Below, piece after piece: positions 1 to 14,100 of a DNA stretch of 64,000 bases. The DNA is from Schmidtea nova (Eukaryota): contig CM097883.1 of NCBI GenBank assembly GCA_044892505.1, positions 348,130,001 to 348,194,000 on the forward strand, read 5' to 3'. The notes beneath the pieces are model-generated. The model had not been told where the DNA came from, did not search any database, and saw only the letters and a program-made list of their open reading frames with translations. A program made the translations under genes and the position numbers. Every line of letters begins with the position of its first letter. Position 1 is the stretch's first letter.

Positions 1-1439
1 AAAAAACTTTCAAAGAAAATACTTTTAATTAAAATTTATTATTATGATTATATTACTTATTTTTAATAGTAGTATAAATATTAACTAAAACTACGTAAAA
101 TTAGATATTGTATAACAGACAAAGTGCATTTTATGTAGTCATTTTTCAATATAGCAATGCCTTTCTATAAATATATTTTCGTTATAAGGATTAAAACAAT
201 TAAATATAATTTGTCAAGTCCCAAAGAAATCGTTATATCGAGATATGGCTACGTAATTAATTTGTAAAATTATCATTTTTATAATAAGTGGTGTAAGAGT
301 AAGTGTAATTATAAATTAATTATAAATTAATTATAATTATAAATTAATCAACATATTAATAAATATAAGTTTGAACATTTTATTTATTTTTAGTTATGAA
401 CATTTTTATTTATTTCTTGGAATTTTATTTTAAAAATCCACCATTTGAAATTATTAAACTAAGTCATTTCTGGGTTTTTCCTCTTAGCTAATAAATAATT
501 CAGAATAACTGCTTTCCGCCTAACTATAACCATTGTGGGCCTAGCTGCAGTTGAAACGGTTTGTTCAAATCACTATCACAAGACAATTGTTAAACAAACT
601 AACTATTTTACTTGAGTAGATTGTATATAAAACTGTATAATATTTGTAATTCATCCAATGTCATATTCATTTGTATACTTAAATAGTGAGGCTTCTCAAG
701 ATTTGAAATCATTGCAGTCTATACTTTTAGCAATATTATAATACCACCATAAGACAATATTTTGTAGTCTATTAAAACTGAAATAATAAAGTATCTTTAT
801 TTCTTCAGCATACTTTCCGTTCATTTGCAGCTCAATTAGTTAATTAAACTAATTTGATAGTTATCGAAAAAATATTATAACAAACTTATAAACGCTAAGG
901 AAATGAAATATAAATCAAGGAAATTATCCTCATCATCAGTCTGCCATTATAATCTGTCTCGCGTATTGTATACGGAAAAATAATGACATATTAGTTATGT
1001 TTTATTGAGTTAATTAAATAATCTCAATAAATTCGTTGCTGATTAAATTCGTATTGAAGAGGGTTGTGATTTACTCACCAATGCCTTATATAAAATTCTT
1101 TACAACTTATTATTAAATTTCTTATATACAATTTTTAATCTTTTAAATCTGTTGTTCCTTTTCACATAATGCTATGCTCAATAATATTACTCAAACCTTT
1201 CAATTGGTATGTTCCTGAATGCTTGTGCGGACATGATGGTAAGTTTATCCAAAGTATTAGGCATTGTGAAAATTTAGGTGAAAATTAATATAATAAATTA
1301 GAAACTAAACCTATTGTGGTCTGCGATTTATTTCTAATTATATTTAATGATTTTAAAGATTTCGAAACAATTTTAAATATCATAATTATCTTTTAGTTTG
1401 ATCTTTGATTTCAATAATTTCCATATTAATAATTGTATA

Positions 1440-2220
1440 ATAAAAATCAAAAAATGTTTTTTGGTTAGATACACGATCTTTCGTCACAACATTTATCAGG
1501 TGTATATTTCTTTTTGATAAAACTTGATAAACCTGTGCCGAAATATCGTGTACCTAACAACAAAACTTTTTTGATCTATAGTCATACAATTATTAATATG
1601 AAACTATTGATTTAAATTTTAAATATATTAGAATTACCTAAATATTATGTCCTTATTGAAAAAATGAATTATTTATGTATTTTTGATTATTCTTGTTGCG
1701 AGAGCATTTTTGTAATCTATTTTGAATTCTTTTTATGAATTTTTGATATTATTTTTACAATAATAATATATAATAAGGTAAAAGAGTTAAGCTTCTCCAC
1801 GCAATGTTTATTTGAAAAAAATATTTCGATTTCAAAATGATCATGATCACTTCAATACACAATTCTTTCCTATTGACTTATCATATTCACAAAAAAATGG
1901 TAAGTCAATCATATTGGAGTGATCAGGATCTTTTTAAGATCGAAATATTTCATTGAAATAAAGATAGCGGAGAAAGGCTTAATACTTTCACCTTGTTATC
2001 ATATTTTAATAAACTCTTCGAACGACAAAACAAAATACTTAATGATAATATAATATCAATAATTTCCATAATAGTATGACTATAGATCAAAATTTCTTTT
2101 GTATTGTAAGTACAATATTTCGTCACAGTCTTTATCAAGTGTTTATTTCAAAATACACACTTGATAAAAGCTGTGCCGAAATATTGTGTGCTTAAAAGCC
2201 AAAATAAGATTTGATCTATA
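1440..2220. repeat. Cluster of family A palindromes (about 1440-1620 and 2040-2220) around a family B palindrome
   Basis: Motifs CTTGATAAACCTGTGCCGAAATATCGTG (1523) and CACACTTGATAAAAGCTGTGCCGAAATATTGTGTG (2156) with inverted partners and the TTTGATCTATAGTCAT tail. Further family A copies or tails lie at about 7021-7160, 10090-10205, 19680-19910, 21730-21880, 30250-30670, 58720-58800 and 61745-61910. Confidence 0.7.
1765..2035. repeat. Family B outward-facing palindrome with G3:C8 hammerhead-like motifs
   Basis: + copy 1916-1952 GGA-GTGATCA-G-GATCTT[TTT]AAGATC-GAAA-TATT-TC; - copy about 1815-1853. The tail GCGGAGAAAGGCTTAA...ATTTTAATAAACT is shared with a third copy at 51091-51215 (-). Confidence 0.55.
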
Positions 2221-2442
2221 NNNNNNNNNNNNNNNNNNNNNNNNNNNNNNNNNNNNNNNNNNNNNNNNNNNNNNNNNNNNNNNNNNNNNNNNNNNNNNNN
2301 NNNNNNNNNNNNNNNNNNNNNNNNNNNNNNNNNNNNNNNNNNNNNNNNNNNNNNNNNNNNNNNNNNNNNNNNNNNNNCAAAAAGACAATTATGATAATAA
2401 AATAATAATTATTCTATTATTTAATTGTCTTCTAATTTTAAG

Positions 2443-5400
2443 GAAAATACAGAGAAACTCAACAAATTAATTGACGAATGCAAAGTTCCTTGGCTTAAAG
2501 TTCTCTTGAATCGGGATGTTAATGTTCCTCCTCATGATATTAATGCAACTAATAATATTCTTCAAATTCGACACGCAAAAGTTATTGCAAAAATGTTTGA
2601 AATATATAAATCAGTGAGATTTATTTTAATTTATTGAAATAATCATTCATTTTTATGACTCTATTGTATGGGTATAGAGCATCGATCGGGAACCGGTGGC
2701 TCTGGAGCCGCATGCGGCTCTTAGCTTCAATATAGCTCGAATATGTCTGTGACTGCGGCTCTTAAATTTCATTTTTTTGAAATTTTTTGTTAATTTGACT
2801 CTTTACTTAAAAAAGGTTCCCGACCGCTGGTATAGAGATACGAAATTATGTAGCATTCGTTATAAATATAATAAATTGTTTGCGGTGATGATATTTTTCT
2901 TGAAGAAAACAATTGCCTTGGAATGCACAGAGACATACTAATTGTGACAAAAGTTGTTAAGCAAAACACTAAAATATAATTTTTTAAAGACTATAAGTGT
3001 TGACTATCGGTATCTGTTGACAATTGTTTTAATTAAATATTATCACAAATAAATAAAATGATTGTGGGAAGACGGACAGGGTAAATGATGTGATGTTTTG
3101 AAATTCGGAGAAGAAGGAAGGAAGAGCAAAAATTTAGAAATGAAATGATTGTCGCGAAATAAAAGAAATCGAACAATTAGCAAGAAACGGTCATCCCTAA
3201 TTAAGTAGTACCAAAAGGGATAGGGATTTCAAAATCGAAAAACAAAAACAAGAGCAAAGTTCATATCTTGACGGCTTGTCAGAATACAGAAAAGAAAAGA
3301 GCAGAATAACAAAACGAAGACATGGCATATATTGACATGTGTCAGAAATAATGCTAGGAGAAAAAAAATAAGTATACTGAAGCCAAAAACGGGAAAAACA
3401 GAATTTATTTCTAGAGCCGGAAAATGACGAGCTATAAAAGGGAAAGTCGCAGTAGTTGAATCAGAAGTTTAGATTGAGAAATTTAGATTGGGGAAAAATT
3501 TTTAAAGCTTGGATAAATTAGAATTACATTATAGGAAAACTTGTATTGAGAAGATAAAGTGAACGAAGCAAACGAGAATTAGAAGAGTCAAAGTATATTG
3601 AATAAAGCATCTAGTAAAAGCACGAAAACAACCGATTATTGGACCTAAATCAGTGGTCAGCGGTTTTTGTATTCTAGGCATTATACATTAGGGATATTCC
3701 TCACGAAGCTCTGTATATTGGCCTATTTCTGGTTTGAATTGAACGTGTCATTGTAAATTGTGTAATGAACTGTGATAATCAATAAAGGTTTATATTATTT
3801 GAAAATTGTTGTTTTGTGGATCAGATAAAGCACGCTTTGGAGTCAGAGAATTAATTAGCAAATTTCAAATTTCACCAATAACCCAACACAAGTTTTACCA
3901 TACCGCGGGAATTTAAACATTAAGAAAATTAATACACGACAATCTCAATTTTTATGAAAGTTTACGGTTTCATGTTGAGCCAAATCAATCCTTGTGTTGG
4001 AGAGACCTTGTTTACGGGGGACCCTCGAATTACACAGTTAAGCGGTTCATTGTAAGCCGATACTCAGAATTAGTGTAAATAATTGCACAACTCAATTACT
4101 ATGTAACTAGACGGACCTCGGCATTCCTTCTCCCGTGTAACTTGACAGTTATCCGTATGTAGCAATGAATTACGGTAGAAAATAAATAAACTAAAATAAT
4201 AAGTTTTACTTTGTTTTTTTCATTTCCATTAATATTCTTTTTCATTGCTATTTTTTTTGAATGGTTTAACAGATATTTATTCAATGACTTTTCCTCGTAG
4301 CTATAATTGCTGAAGATCAAACCACGCCCTCTCTACCATTGCACCTAACTATTGTGAAATTACCTAATTTGGTTCCATAAGAAATTAACTTCATAAGAAA
4401 CAATTAAATTTTTTTTTAATGAAAAGAATGTGATAAACAGAGTTTTTAAAATAGTTTCTGCAATTTTATGTAGTTTTTGTTTGCTTCAAATATTTGAGGT
4501 TTAGCTTTAGTTTTGATTCTTCGATTTGAACCAATATTATGTTGAATAACAATTTGGTCAAAATTAGAGGTTTACTACGATAATGTGGTCAAATAATTAA
4601 CAAACGATTTTCTACTCATCCAATCACCTTGTCCTGCCATGTTTATTGGTTAGTTGTGTATCTCTGGGCAATTGTCATGACAACGCTATTAAAATGACCT
4701 TATTGTACATAATGTATCGTATTATTATGTATTGTATTATAATGTATCTTATACTTGATTCATCTAAATATATGTTCATAAATGTCATTAACACGTTGGC
4801 TGCCCATCGCATGTATTAAATACAATTGTGCATGTCTGAGATGCCAACGATTTTTTTTCCAATATTTGCGGAGAAAACGAAAATGTATTAGTGTCTAATT
4901 AGATACGAGAGTGGTGGATGGCTCTCCGTTGTTTTATTGTAAGTGATCACACGTGATACACAGGTCTATGGAAAATTTATTATATTCAATGGGCCAATGT
5001 ATGGGCCCCAACAATCATTTTTCTGTTAAGAACATTTTGAAATATTTAATGAAAATAAATAAAGATTTTTTCTGAAAATCAATATACAAGAAACGTAATT
5101 GTTTTTTACCTTTTTATTAGTTCCTCTTTCTATAAATGTATGAAATATCGAAAGAAAAAGCAAAAGTTAAACTTATTTTCTCATTTAGTCCTTAAAAATA
5201 TGTACCAATTGTTAAGTGATTCTAATTAACTTATTTTTAGCAGAAACATCTGGCCATGTTAATACATAAAAATTCTATCTTCCTTGAGAGGCCAAACACC
5301 GTAATATTGACCATTCCATGCAAGCCTATGAAATGATTTACTATTATATTTACAGAGCTCAAGTGTTTACTGGCTTATAAGCTATTTGTATCACAGGTGA

Positions 5401-8400
5401 TCCATGAGCAGCCAGCGTGTTAATGTTAATTACTTTATCTTAATATAAAATTTTGATTCGACAAATTTTTATAATAACCTGAAACTTTCAATTGGTTTAT
5501 TACAGGGCTGCCCAACCCAAATTGCACTAAGGGTCGCACATAAATAAGAATAATTGGAAAATTTTGTTCTTATCATTTTTTCTGGCTTTACAAATAATTT
5601 TGTACTTATTAATTTTTTTAAAAATAAATTTGAGAGGAAAAACTAGATCTAAGAAGAAAAGATGTAATGAACGAACAACAAAATATATTTGTGAGGTTAT
5701 AGATATAAGAGTGCCGCGGGTTGGCCACTCCCAGTTTATTACATGTTTTATGTTTGTTAAAACTGAAAATTAAGTCAACAGTTACTTTCAAAAATGCCTT
5801 CGGAATAAAATTAAAAAGAGGAATTTGAAACCTAACCGATCCCTAGAATGACTATTAATTTGATTTTCACTCAACCAAGATTACTTTTATGCTGTTTCCT
5901 TATCAAAGTTCACATGATGAAGAAGGCAGTATATGATGAAAGATTGGCTCTTTACACAGACTGGTAGGTGGCTTGCCCTTGCCAGAAATTTACTAAATTT
6001 ACACCTAATTCGACTTAATCGCATAATAATAATAATTAATTAATTAATTTAGTTGGAAAAGTGGATGATCATATTGCAAGATCTCAAGGTAAAATGGCAG
6101 GAGCTGAATGCTAACCAAGTTCAATTTCAATCTTGGTTAATTGAAATTGAAAGAAAAGAAGATTCGAGTGACGGAAAACCTCTTCATCTAAATGACAATT
6201 CTTTGAAAGAAAAAATTTACTTTTTGAAGGTTTTAATCTCTATTATTTCAAGATTTATATTATTCGTGAGCTCTCTAGAACCTGAAATCAGAAATTGATA
6301 GCAATTCCTCGGAACTGGTAAAAATGATGATGATTGACGATGAAGTGACGACAGTGACGTTCTCCCCGGAATTGAATAATGGAGAAAACCTTCGGTCGGC
6401 AAATACGCTCAGTGACAAAATCAACGGCCAGTATACCCTTCTCACGAACAGAATTCTGCAGCAAATAGAAAAGTGGCACAATATTTTCGATAGAGTGGAA
6501 ATGTTCCATAAATCTGCTAATGATTTGAAAGAGGATTTCATTCACCTGAATGAACGAGTCCAGAAATTGGAAATACAAGGTCCACTGACCAAGGATAAAT
6601 TTAATTCTCTAAAAGCAAGTTTTTTAAACATAAATATCTTATCTCATATAAAGCTTGTAAATGATCAGGATATTTAATTTATTTAATCTTTATCTCAATG
6701 ATTTTTACAATTTTGTTACATTAATTACGCTCTTTTTGTTGGTTGGTTATGTGTAAAATTTTGGGGAATTTTATTTTCGCTTACATTTGCGAGATTTGAT
6801 TGGTTACTATTGTGCTACCGCAACAGATTTATTGATTGTTCTAGCAGCTAAAATAATTNNNNNNNNNNNNNNNNNNNNNNNNNNNNNNNNNNNNNNNNNN
6901 NNNNNNNNNNNNNNNNNNNNNNNNNNNNNNNNNNNNNNNNNNNNNNNNNNNNNNNNNNNNNNNNNNNNNNNNNNNNNNNNNNNNNNNNNNNNNNNNNNNN
7001 NNNNNNNNNNNNNNNNNNNAAGAATAATATCATAATAATCTTTTTGTTTAACCTTTGATCTTTTTTTATTATTAATATCAATAATTCCCATAATGGATAA
7101 CTATAGATCAAAATTTCTTTAAATATTGTGTACTTATTTAAAGAAATTTTGATCTATAGNNNNNNNNNNNNNNNNNNNNNNNNNNNNNNNNNNNNNNNNN
7201 NNNNNNNNNNNNNNNNNNNNNNNNNNNNNNNNNNNNNNNNNNNNNNNNNNNNNNNNNNNNNNNNNNNNNNNNNNNNNNNNNNNNNNNNNNNNNNNNNNNN
7301 NNNNNNNNNNNNNNNNNNNNNNNNNNNNNNNNNNNNNNNNNNNNNNNNNNNNNNNNNNNNNNNNNNNNNNNNNNNNNNNNNNNNNNNNNNNNNNNNNNNN
7401 NNNNNNNNNNNNNNNNNNNNNNNNNNNNNNNNNNNNNNNNNNNNNNNNNNNNNNNNNNNNNNNNNNNNNNNNNNNNNNNNNNNNNNNNNNNNNNNNNNNN
7501 NNNNNNNNNNNNNNNNNNNNNNNNNNNNNNNNNNNNNNNNNNNNNNNNNNNNNNNNNNNNNNNNNNNNNNNNNNNNNNNNNNNNNNNNNNNNNNNNNNNN
7601 NNNNNNNNNNNNNNNNNNNNNNNNNNNNNNNNNNNNNNNNNNNNNNNNNNNNNNNNNNNNNNNNNNNNNNNNNNNNNNNNNNNNNNNNNNNNNNNNNNNN
7701 NNNNNNNNNNNNNNNNNNNNNNNNNNNNNNNNNNNNNNNNNNNNNNNNNNNNNNNNNNNNNNNNNNNNNNNNNNNNNNNNNNNNNNNNNNNNNNNNNNNN
7801 NNNNNNNNNNNNNNNNNNNNNNNNNNNNNNNNNNNNNNNNNNNNNNNNNNNNNNNNNNNNNNNNNNNNNNNNNNNNNNNNNNNNNNNNNNNNNNNNNNNN
7901 NNNNNNNNNNNNNNNNNNNNNNNNNNNNNNNNNNNNNNNNNNNNNNNNNNNNNNNAGTATGTTAATAATAATAATCGCTATAAGGAACCACTTTTAAACT
8001 TGTTCTTCAGTTTACGTTCATCACGAGGCATCGTATCGAATGTTAATCAGTTTATATTAATAATAAATAAACCGCTACGTCACTCATCTCTAACCGATGT
8101 CTAGTCTGTATTTTTATGAGCTGCCACTTATTAAATTGAACTAAATATTTATTACATTTTCATTACATTTTCGGAAACCAACATTCCTAATCATGTGAGA
8201 TTTGTCAGTTGATTTATTTGAAAACATGTGCAAGCTTTGCAAATTTTTTTGTTGAAATAATTGTATATTTGGATGTTGTTCACATTTGTGTTTCTTGTTA
8301 ATAACTGAAACATTCAACTGATTGTGGCTCATCAATGTTTAAGTTAAAGGTGCTCTTTAAAAACCAAAAACCTTTATAATTACTGATATTGTTGTATATA

Positions 8401-11021
8401 ATAACCAAATCAGTTTCTTCTTACTTTCTACAGTTTTCAAACGCGGGTAATTCTTGATTAGTGTAACATTCGATAACTATTTTGATGGATAAATAAATTC
8501 CTCAGAAAAATGAATCAAAAATTGATTTATTAAATTTCGACAACTGCCAGTCTTTCATTTTGTCTGAAACTAAATCCCATTGGTCTATTAACGAATTTCC
8601 CATTTGTTCTCGTTGTACAGTAAAATTTTGATAAATGTCATAAGTGAGTCATTTTTTAAATACCCAAAAATATTAGGTCAACTATGTATTAAAAAATTAT
8701 TTTCTTTACAAAGTTTGTTTTTAATTTCTTTGACCTCATCAACTCTTTCATCTTATTTATTAGGTTCTTTTGTTGATTTGACTCAAGTGACAACTTCTTA
8801 TAGTTCATTAAACATGTTGGAATTGAAATTTTTTATTTGGAAACATAAATTTACGAACAAATGTGTAGATCTATTTAATATTTAACTAATGCTGATATCA
8901 AGAAACCAACATTATATATTAAATTTGGGTTTGATTCACAATCCCGAAATTACTAACCCTAACCCAATAGAACCCTAACCCGACAATTTTTCGGGATTGT
9001 GAACGGCTACCATTTAATTTATACTATAAATATTGCAATATACTAACAATAAAATAATATACAAATGTAATCAACACTATCGAATTTTAAGAAATTAATT
9101 TTTATATAAATAATTTTCATAATTGTATGACGATAGATCAACATATTTTTCTGTTTTGGGTTTCTTTTGGTTGTTAAGAACACGTTATTTCAGCACAGCC
9201 TTTATCAAGGGTGGATTTCAAAAAAAGTGTATTTCTTGAAATACACATTTGATAAAGACTGTGTCGAAATATCGTGTACTTCGCTGTAAAGCCTCTACTT
9301 TATGCATATTTATAATATNNNNNNNNNNNNNNNNNNNNNNNNNNNNNNNNNNNNNNNNNNNNNNNNNNNNNNNNNNNNNNNNNNNNNNNNNNNNNNNNNN
9401 NNNNNNNNNNNNNNNNNNNNNNNNNNNNNNNNNNNNNNNNNNNNNNNNNNNNNNNNNNNNNNNNNNNNNNNNNNNNNNNNNNNNNNNNATATTATAAATA
9501 AAAATTAAAGCAGACACTACAATAGCCCCATCCGAACTACGCGGGGACTGAAAGAAACGGAAGAGGATGAATTATCGAGCGCAAAAATCGAATCACTTGC
9601 GCCATCCAAGCAAAATACAATCTCAACGAATCCAAAAGAAACATCGAAAACTTTATCAACTGAATCAACACCGCTTACGTTTTCGGTGGAAAAGAAATCA
9701 GATGCAATCGTTTCTTCAATATCAACATCATCGATGGCGCTAACGTTCAGACAAATATCTTCTACAAAATTACATGTTGTTGTATCGAGCTCAATTTCAT
9801 CAAATCCAATGATAGTTGGTCAAATATCTACCAGCCATTCAAAGTTAGCAGCTGCAAGTGTCGTTTCGAGTTTTTCTATCACACCATTCACACCGTCTAG
9901 CACTGGAACTTTACCGTCTACACATATTCTATCAAATGCCGAGCCAACACCATTGCTAGATCATCAAATAAACGTTGAATTAGACGTTGATGTGATTCTA
10001 AAAGAAGAGATTTTCGCGTTTTCATTATTTGTTGAGTTGGAAATTGATAGTTTAGATTAGTTATTTGCTGATTTTAGAGAATATTATAAATATGCATCAA
10101 AAAATCAAAAAACAAAAAAAGCTCTGATCTATAGTCATACAATTATGAAAATTATTGATATAAATAAAATGAGATCAGAGGTTAAAACCAAAAGATAATT
10201 ATGATTGAATCAATTTTTGATTCATTTATTGAAGGCTTTATTTATCCAGCAAATTAGCTATTGATTGTTGCATTTGCTATACTTGTTTGTAATATAATTA
10301 TTATATTTGCCACTTGTAATTAATAATCATTGTATGCAGCCTTTTAAGAATATTTACACTAAAAAGTTTCCATTCAGATTCAAATTTTTTTACATGTTTG
10401 TGAATAAAATTATTTTTCTATATATTTAAATTATAAATAGAAAATAAATTTCCCAGTTTTATTATGATCTTTATATTTTGTCAAAATGTGTCTTGTATGT
10501 TATGTCTTTTTACTTTGAATTTGTCTAATTCATTATTTTAATTATTGTAAAATTGTATTTTTTGAAAGTGTAATAGTACTCATCGACACTGATATTTGTT
10601 ACTACCATGATCTTGACGGTTCCAATGCTTCTTGGGAATGGCATGATTCTATACTTGATGTTGTGCTTATGTTTCTATTGTATTTCTGTTACTGAATTGA
10701 TTGTTATTCTATGGCCTGTTATTTCACTTTTGAAGACTTTTCTCTGTATATCCTTGGCTGAAAGCATTCTTAATATGATCAATTGGAATGGGACTAACAC
10801 AAGGATGTAACTTATAATTTGTCAATTTTATCTTTTATCAAAATTGCTGAATACTAATAATCTAATCCTGTTTCTCAATTTGGCTGCATGTTACAAATGT
10901 ATGTGTGTATGCCTCGAATGCTCTACACATTTTTCTATTTATAACAGAATGAATTCAGAAATGATGTATATAACATAATCTTAATACATTCGATGCCAAG
11001 TTGAATTTATGTGGGGTAATA

Positions 11022-11100
<79 letters not shown>

Positions 11101-14100
11101 TTGATGTATTTGGCTATTTTGACGTTCCGGCTTGATTTTGTGTTTATGTAGTTAAAAATGTTTATTTAATACATGTCATTCTTGTTGTAAATGTATGTGT
11201 TGTATCGTCACTCAGTCCTGATTCAGTGTTGTCTTCATATATTGGCATAGTAATTTAGTTTTTTTTGTTGAAAACAGACTGCAACTGAACCATCCTTTTC
11301 TCAACACTCTTTGAAGTATACAAAGACCAGCTCAAATCTAAGAAACAGTGGTTCTAATCATGGCATTTCTAAACTCCTTTGGCCATATTCGAGGAAATCC
11401 GATCATTCCGTTGGAGATTGTGAAATGAATAAATCATCCCAATCTCTTCTCTGTTATAATTATGAAGATGTCCGTAACAGTAGAGAGAAACGATTCTCTT
11501 CCAGTGTTAATATTAACTGTCTCGCTACTTCAATAAACAGTTTTTCAGAATGTCTGACCATAAATGATAAGCTATCAACGATTGACTGTCCAAGTTTCCG
11601 ATCCGAGGTCAGCCAGTCCACAAATTTTATGAATTTTGTATCTAATTCACATATCAAATCGACCGAAGGTGCCGGTGATTCGTGCATTTTGATCAGCTCA
11701 AGATCTGATTTGTCAATGAAGAAAATGAAGACCCATTCGTCTGGATATCGCTCCTATATATCATCATCTAATTGTTCTACATATCGGTCGTGATTTTATA
11801 TTGTTCTTTTTTTATTTTACTTTCTTTTTTTTGATTTTGAATTTATCATGATCATGGTAGTGACTGTCTGTGATTTATTCAGATTTATTAGATTTTATTA
11901 ATATTACAATATTTTTATTGTACAAGATCTTTATATATATTGCTAATATAACGATAAATATTATTATTTTATAAATTATATTGGCCTTGTTGAATTCTAT
12001 ATTATATATCTTAATAAATTCACCGTTTGTTTTTTGTGACATTTTTTCACGTAATCTCAATATAGATTTTAGTAATTATTTTCATCAGATTTTGGCTGTG
12101 GCGCAGTCTTTCGAAAATGTCAAATTTTCGCCAAGAGAACAATATTTTTTACATAAATGATTTCTCAAAATATCCAGTGAATTTTGACACTGAACATCCG
12201 TTTTATGGCTTACAAACCATTATTTTCACTATTTTGCGGATTGCAAGTTTTTCCTAGGTATTCTGAATGTGGTTGATAATTAGTTTTATTTTTGTTCTTG
12301 ATATGCACAATTTCCGATTTGAATCTGCTACGAGGAAACAATTTGTACGTCACACTCACATGACATTTTTATGGTTTGATAGGAATTTATAAAAATTAAC
12401 TGTTTGCTCATTATTAAATTTGATAGGTATATATAGATTCGGATGTATTTAATTTCTATTTTTGTGAGTTGTCGCAAGATTTTGACTGCATGCCATTACT
12501 ACGTGTGTGAGTGTGTGTACACATCGGGTAGTGTAGGCAATTTTCTGTTTATATTGGATAGAATTTAGAAACGGTATATGCTTAATGATGTCTTATTTAT
12601 TTTACTTTACTTTTAGAATATTCTTTAATCATAAATGTCTATTTTCGTCTTTGTGCGCAATTCTTTAAATGCCATAATTCAAGATATTCCTGCAATTTAT
12701 TAGTTTTAATTAAGACTACAGAAATTTGTTAAACATGAATCTCGCCCCAGTCTCATTGAAATAAAATTAGCCCTAGATCATACAAATAGGTGATTTTATA
12801 TTTATAATCTTAGGAAAATGAATTTATTTTACTAATTTTGAGGGTATGGTTAACCAAACTATATTTTTCAAAAGAAATTTTTAAAATGAGTTCATGATTC
12901 ATTTATGAAAAAGCGATATTAAAAGGTTTAGTGGTATCATAGAGAGCATCAAAATTAAATCCAAAAAATTTATAATAATTATCTGTAAAAATCTTCACTG
13001 ATTAAACAATATCAAATATGAAAATAAAATTAATTTCATTATTTTCTTAATGTTGTCAGATTTGACAAATCGTTGTCTGCTAAGAGGCACTAGAAATTTT
13101 CAATTAATTTCTTTGATCTTCTTTGAGAACAACAGGATGAATCTCATTAAAAATAACTTTGAAATTCAAAATTATTAAACTTAATAATATTTTACAATTA
13201 ATTTTATTTTATTATTTACTAGCTTTATTACCCAGCTTTCAGTGGGATAGATTTAAACTCATTCTTTATTATTAATATCAATAATTATTATAGTGGTAAG
13301 ACAATAGATCAAAGTTTCTTTAAACAAGTACACAATATTTCGGCACAGCCTTTATCAAGTGTGTATAATATTGTGTACTTGTTTAAAGAAATTTGGATCT
13401 ATAATCATCCATTATGGGAATTATTAATATTAAAAAAGATCAAAGGTGAAACAAAAAGATAATTATCATTCTTTATTCATTATAATTAATTTTACATGCC
13501 ACGCTTACTTTATACTAAATCACAAACATGTATCTTTTTACTGGAATACGGCAGTTTATATACCGTGATTAATAAATAGAACCTCTGTGTTCTATAGACA
13601 GATTTTAAAGGTGTACTGTATGGCTTCTCCCTTGGTAGGATTGAAGTAGCAAACGCAGACTCAGAAAATCAAATATTTGTGTCAATATGGCGTTATTTTG
13701 GCGCTAATATTAGGTCATTTAGACTTTTAGCGTTTTTGGTACTACATAATGTTGAAAATTGACAATATCACCGTGCACCTTACCCCGTGTGGCACTCACA
13801 AGATATTGTCAATCAATTAATGGACTAATAATAATGTTTAAAAGTTAAAGATTGAAAAACTAATGTAAAAAGTTAAGAATTCAATGAAAATAATAATAAC
13901 TCTTTTAACAACCAAAAAGCATAGTTGAAAATTAAAAATAACACAGTTGACCTAGAAGTGGCAGACAGAATGGCATATATTTCTGATGAATTTTGAAATC
14001 ACGCTAACACAGTAAGATGAAGTGCTGAATTAATGCCTAATTATTTCTGATTTCACTTTATTTTGGCTTTTAGAAAAATCATTGAAATCTTTGCTTTTAG

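Noticed and set aside
640-1245. Possible exons near the window start
   Set aside because: Candidate frames hit stops or lack convincing acceptors.
3063-3890. Solo LTR (TG...CA, AATAAA, purine skew)
   Set aside because: No matching TSD and no second copy. Similar LTR-like stretches at about 14400-14650 and 26230-26560 are also unsupported.
8450-8900. Reverse transcriptase pseudogene on the - strand
   Set aside because: Coding-like composition but many stops and no recognisable RT motif.
8935-9003. Interstitial telomere
   Set aside because: Only four TAACCC units, enclosed in an inverted repeat; more likely a small mobile element.
11460-11687. - strand 75-aa ORF
   Set aside because: Flanked by several in-frame stops; the + frame is open for about 171 codons.
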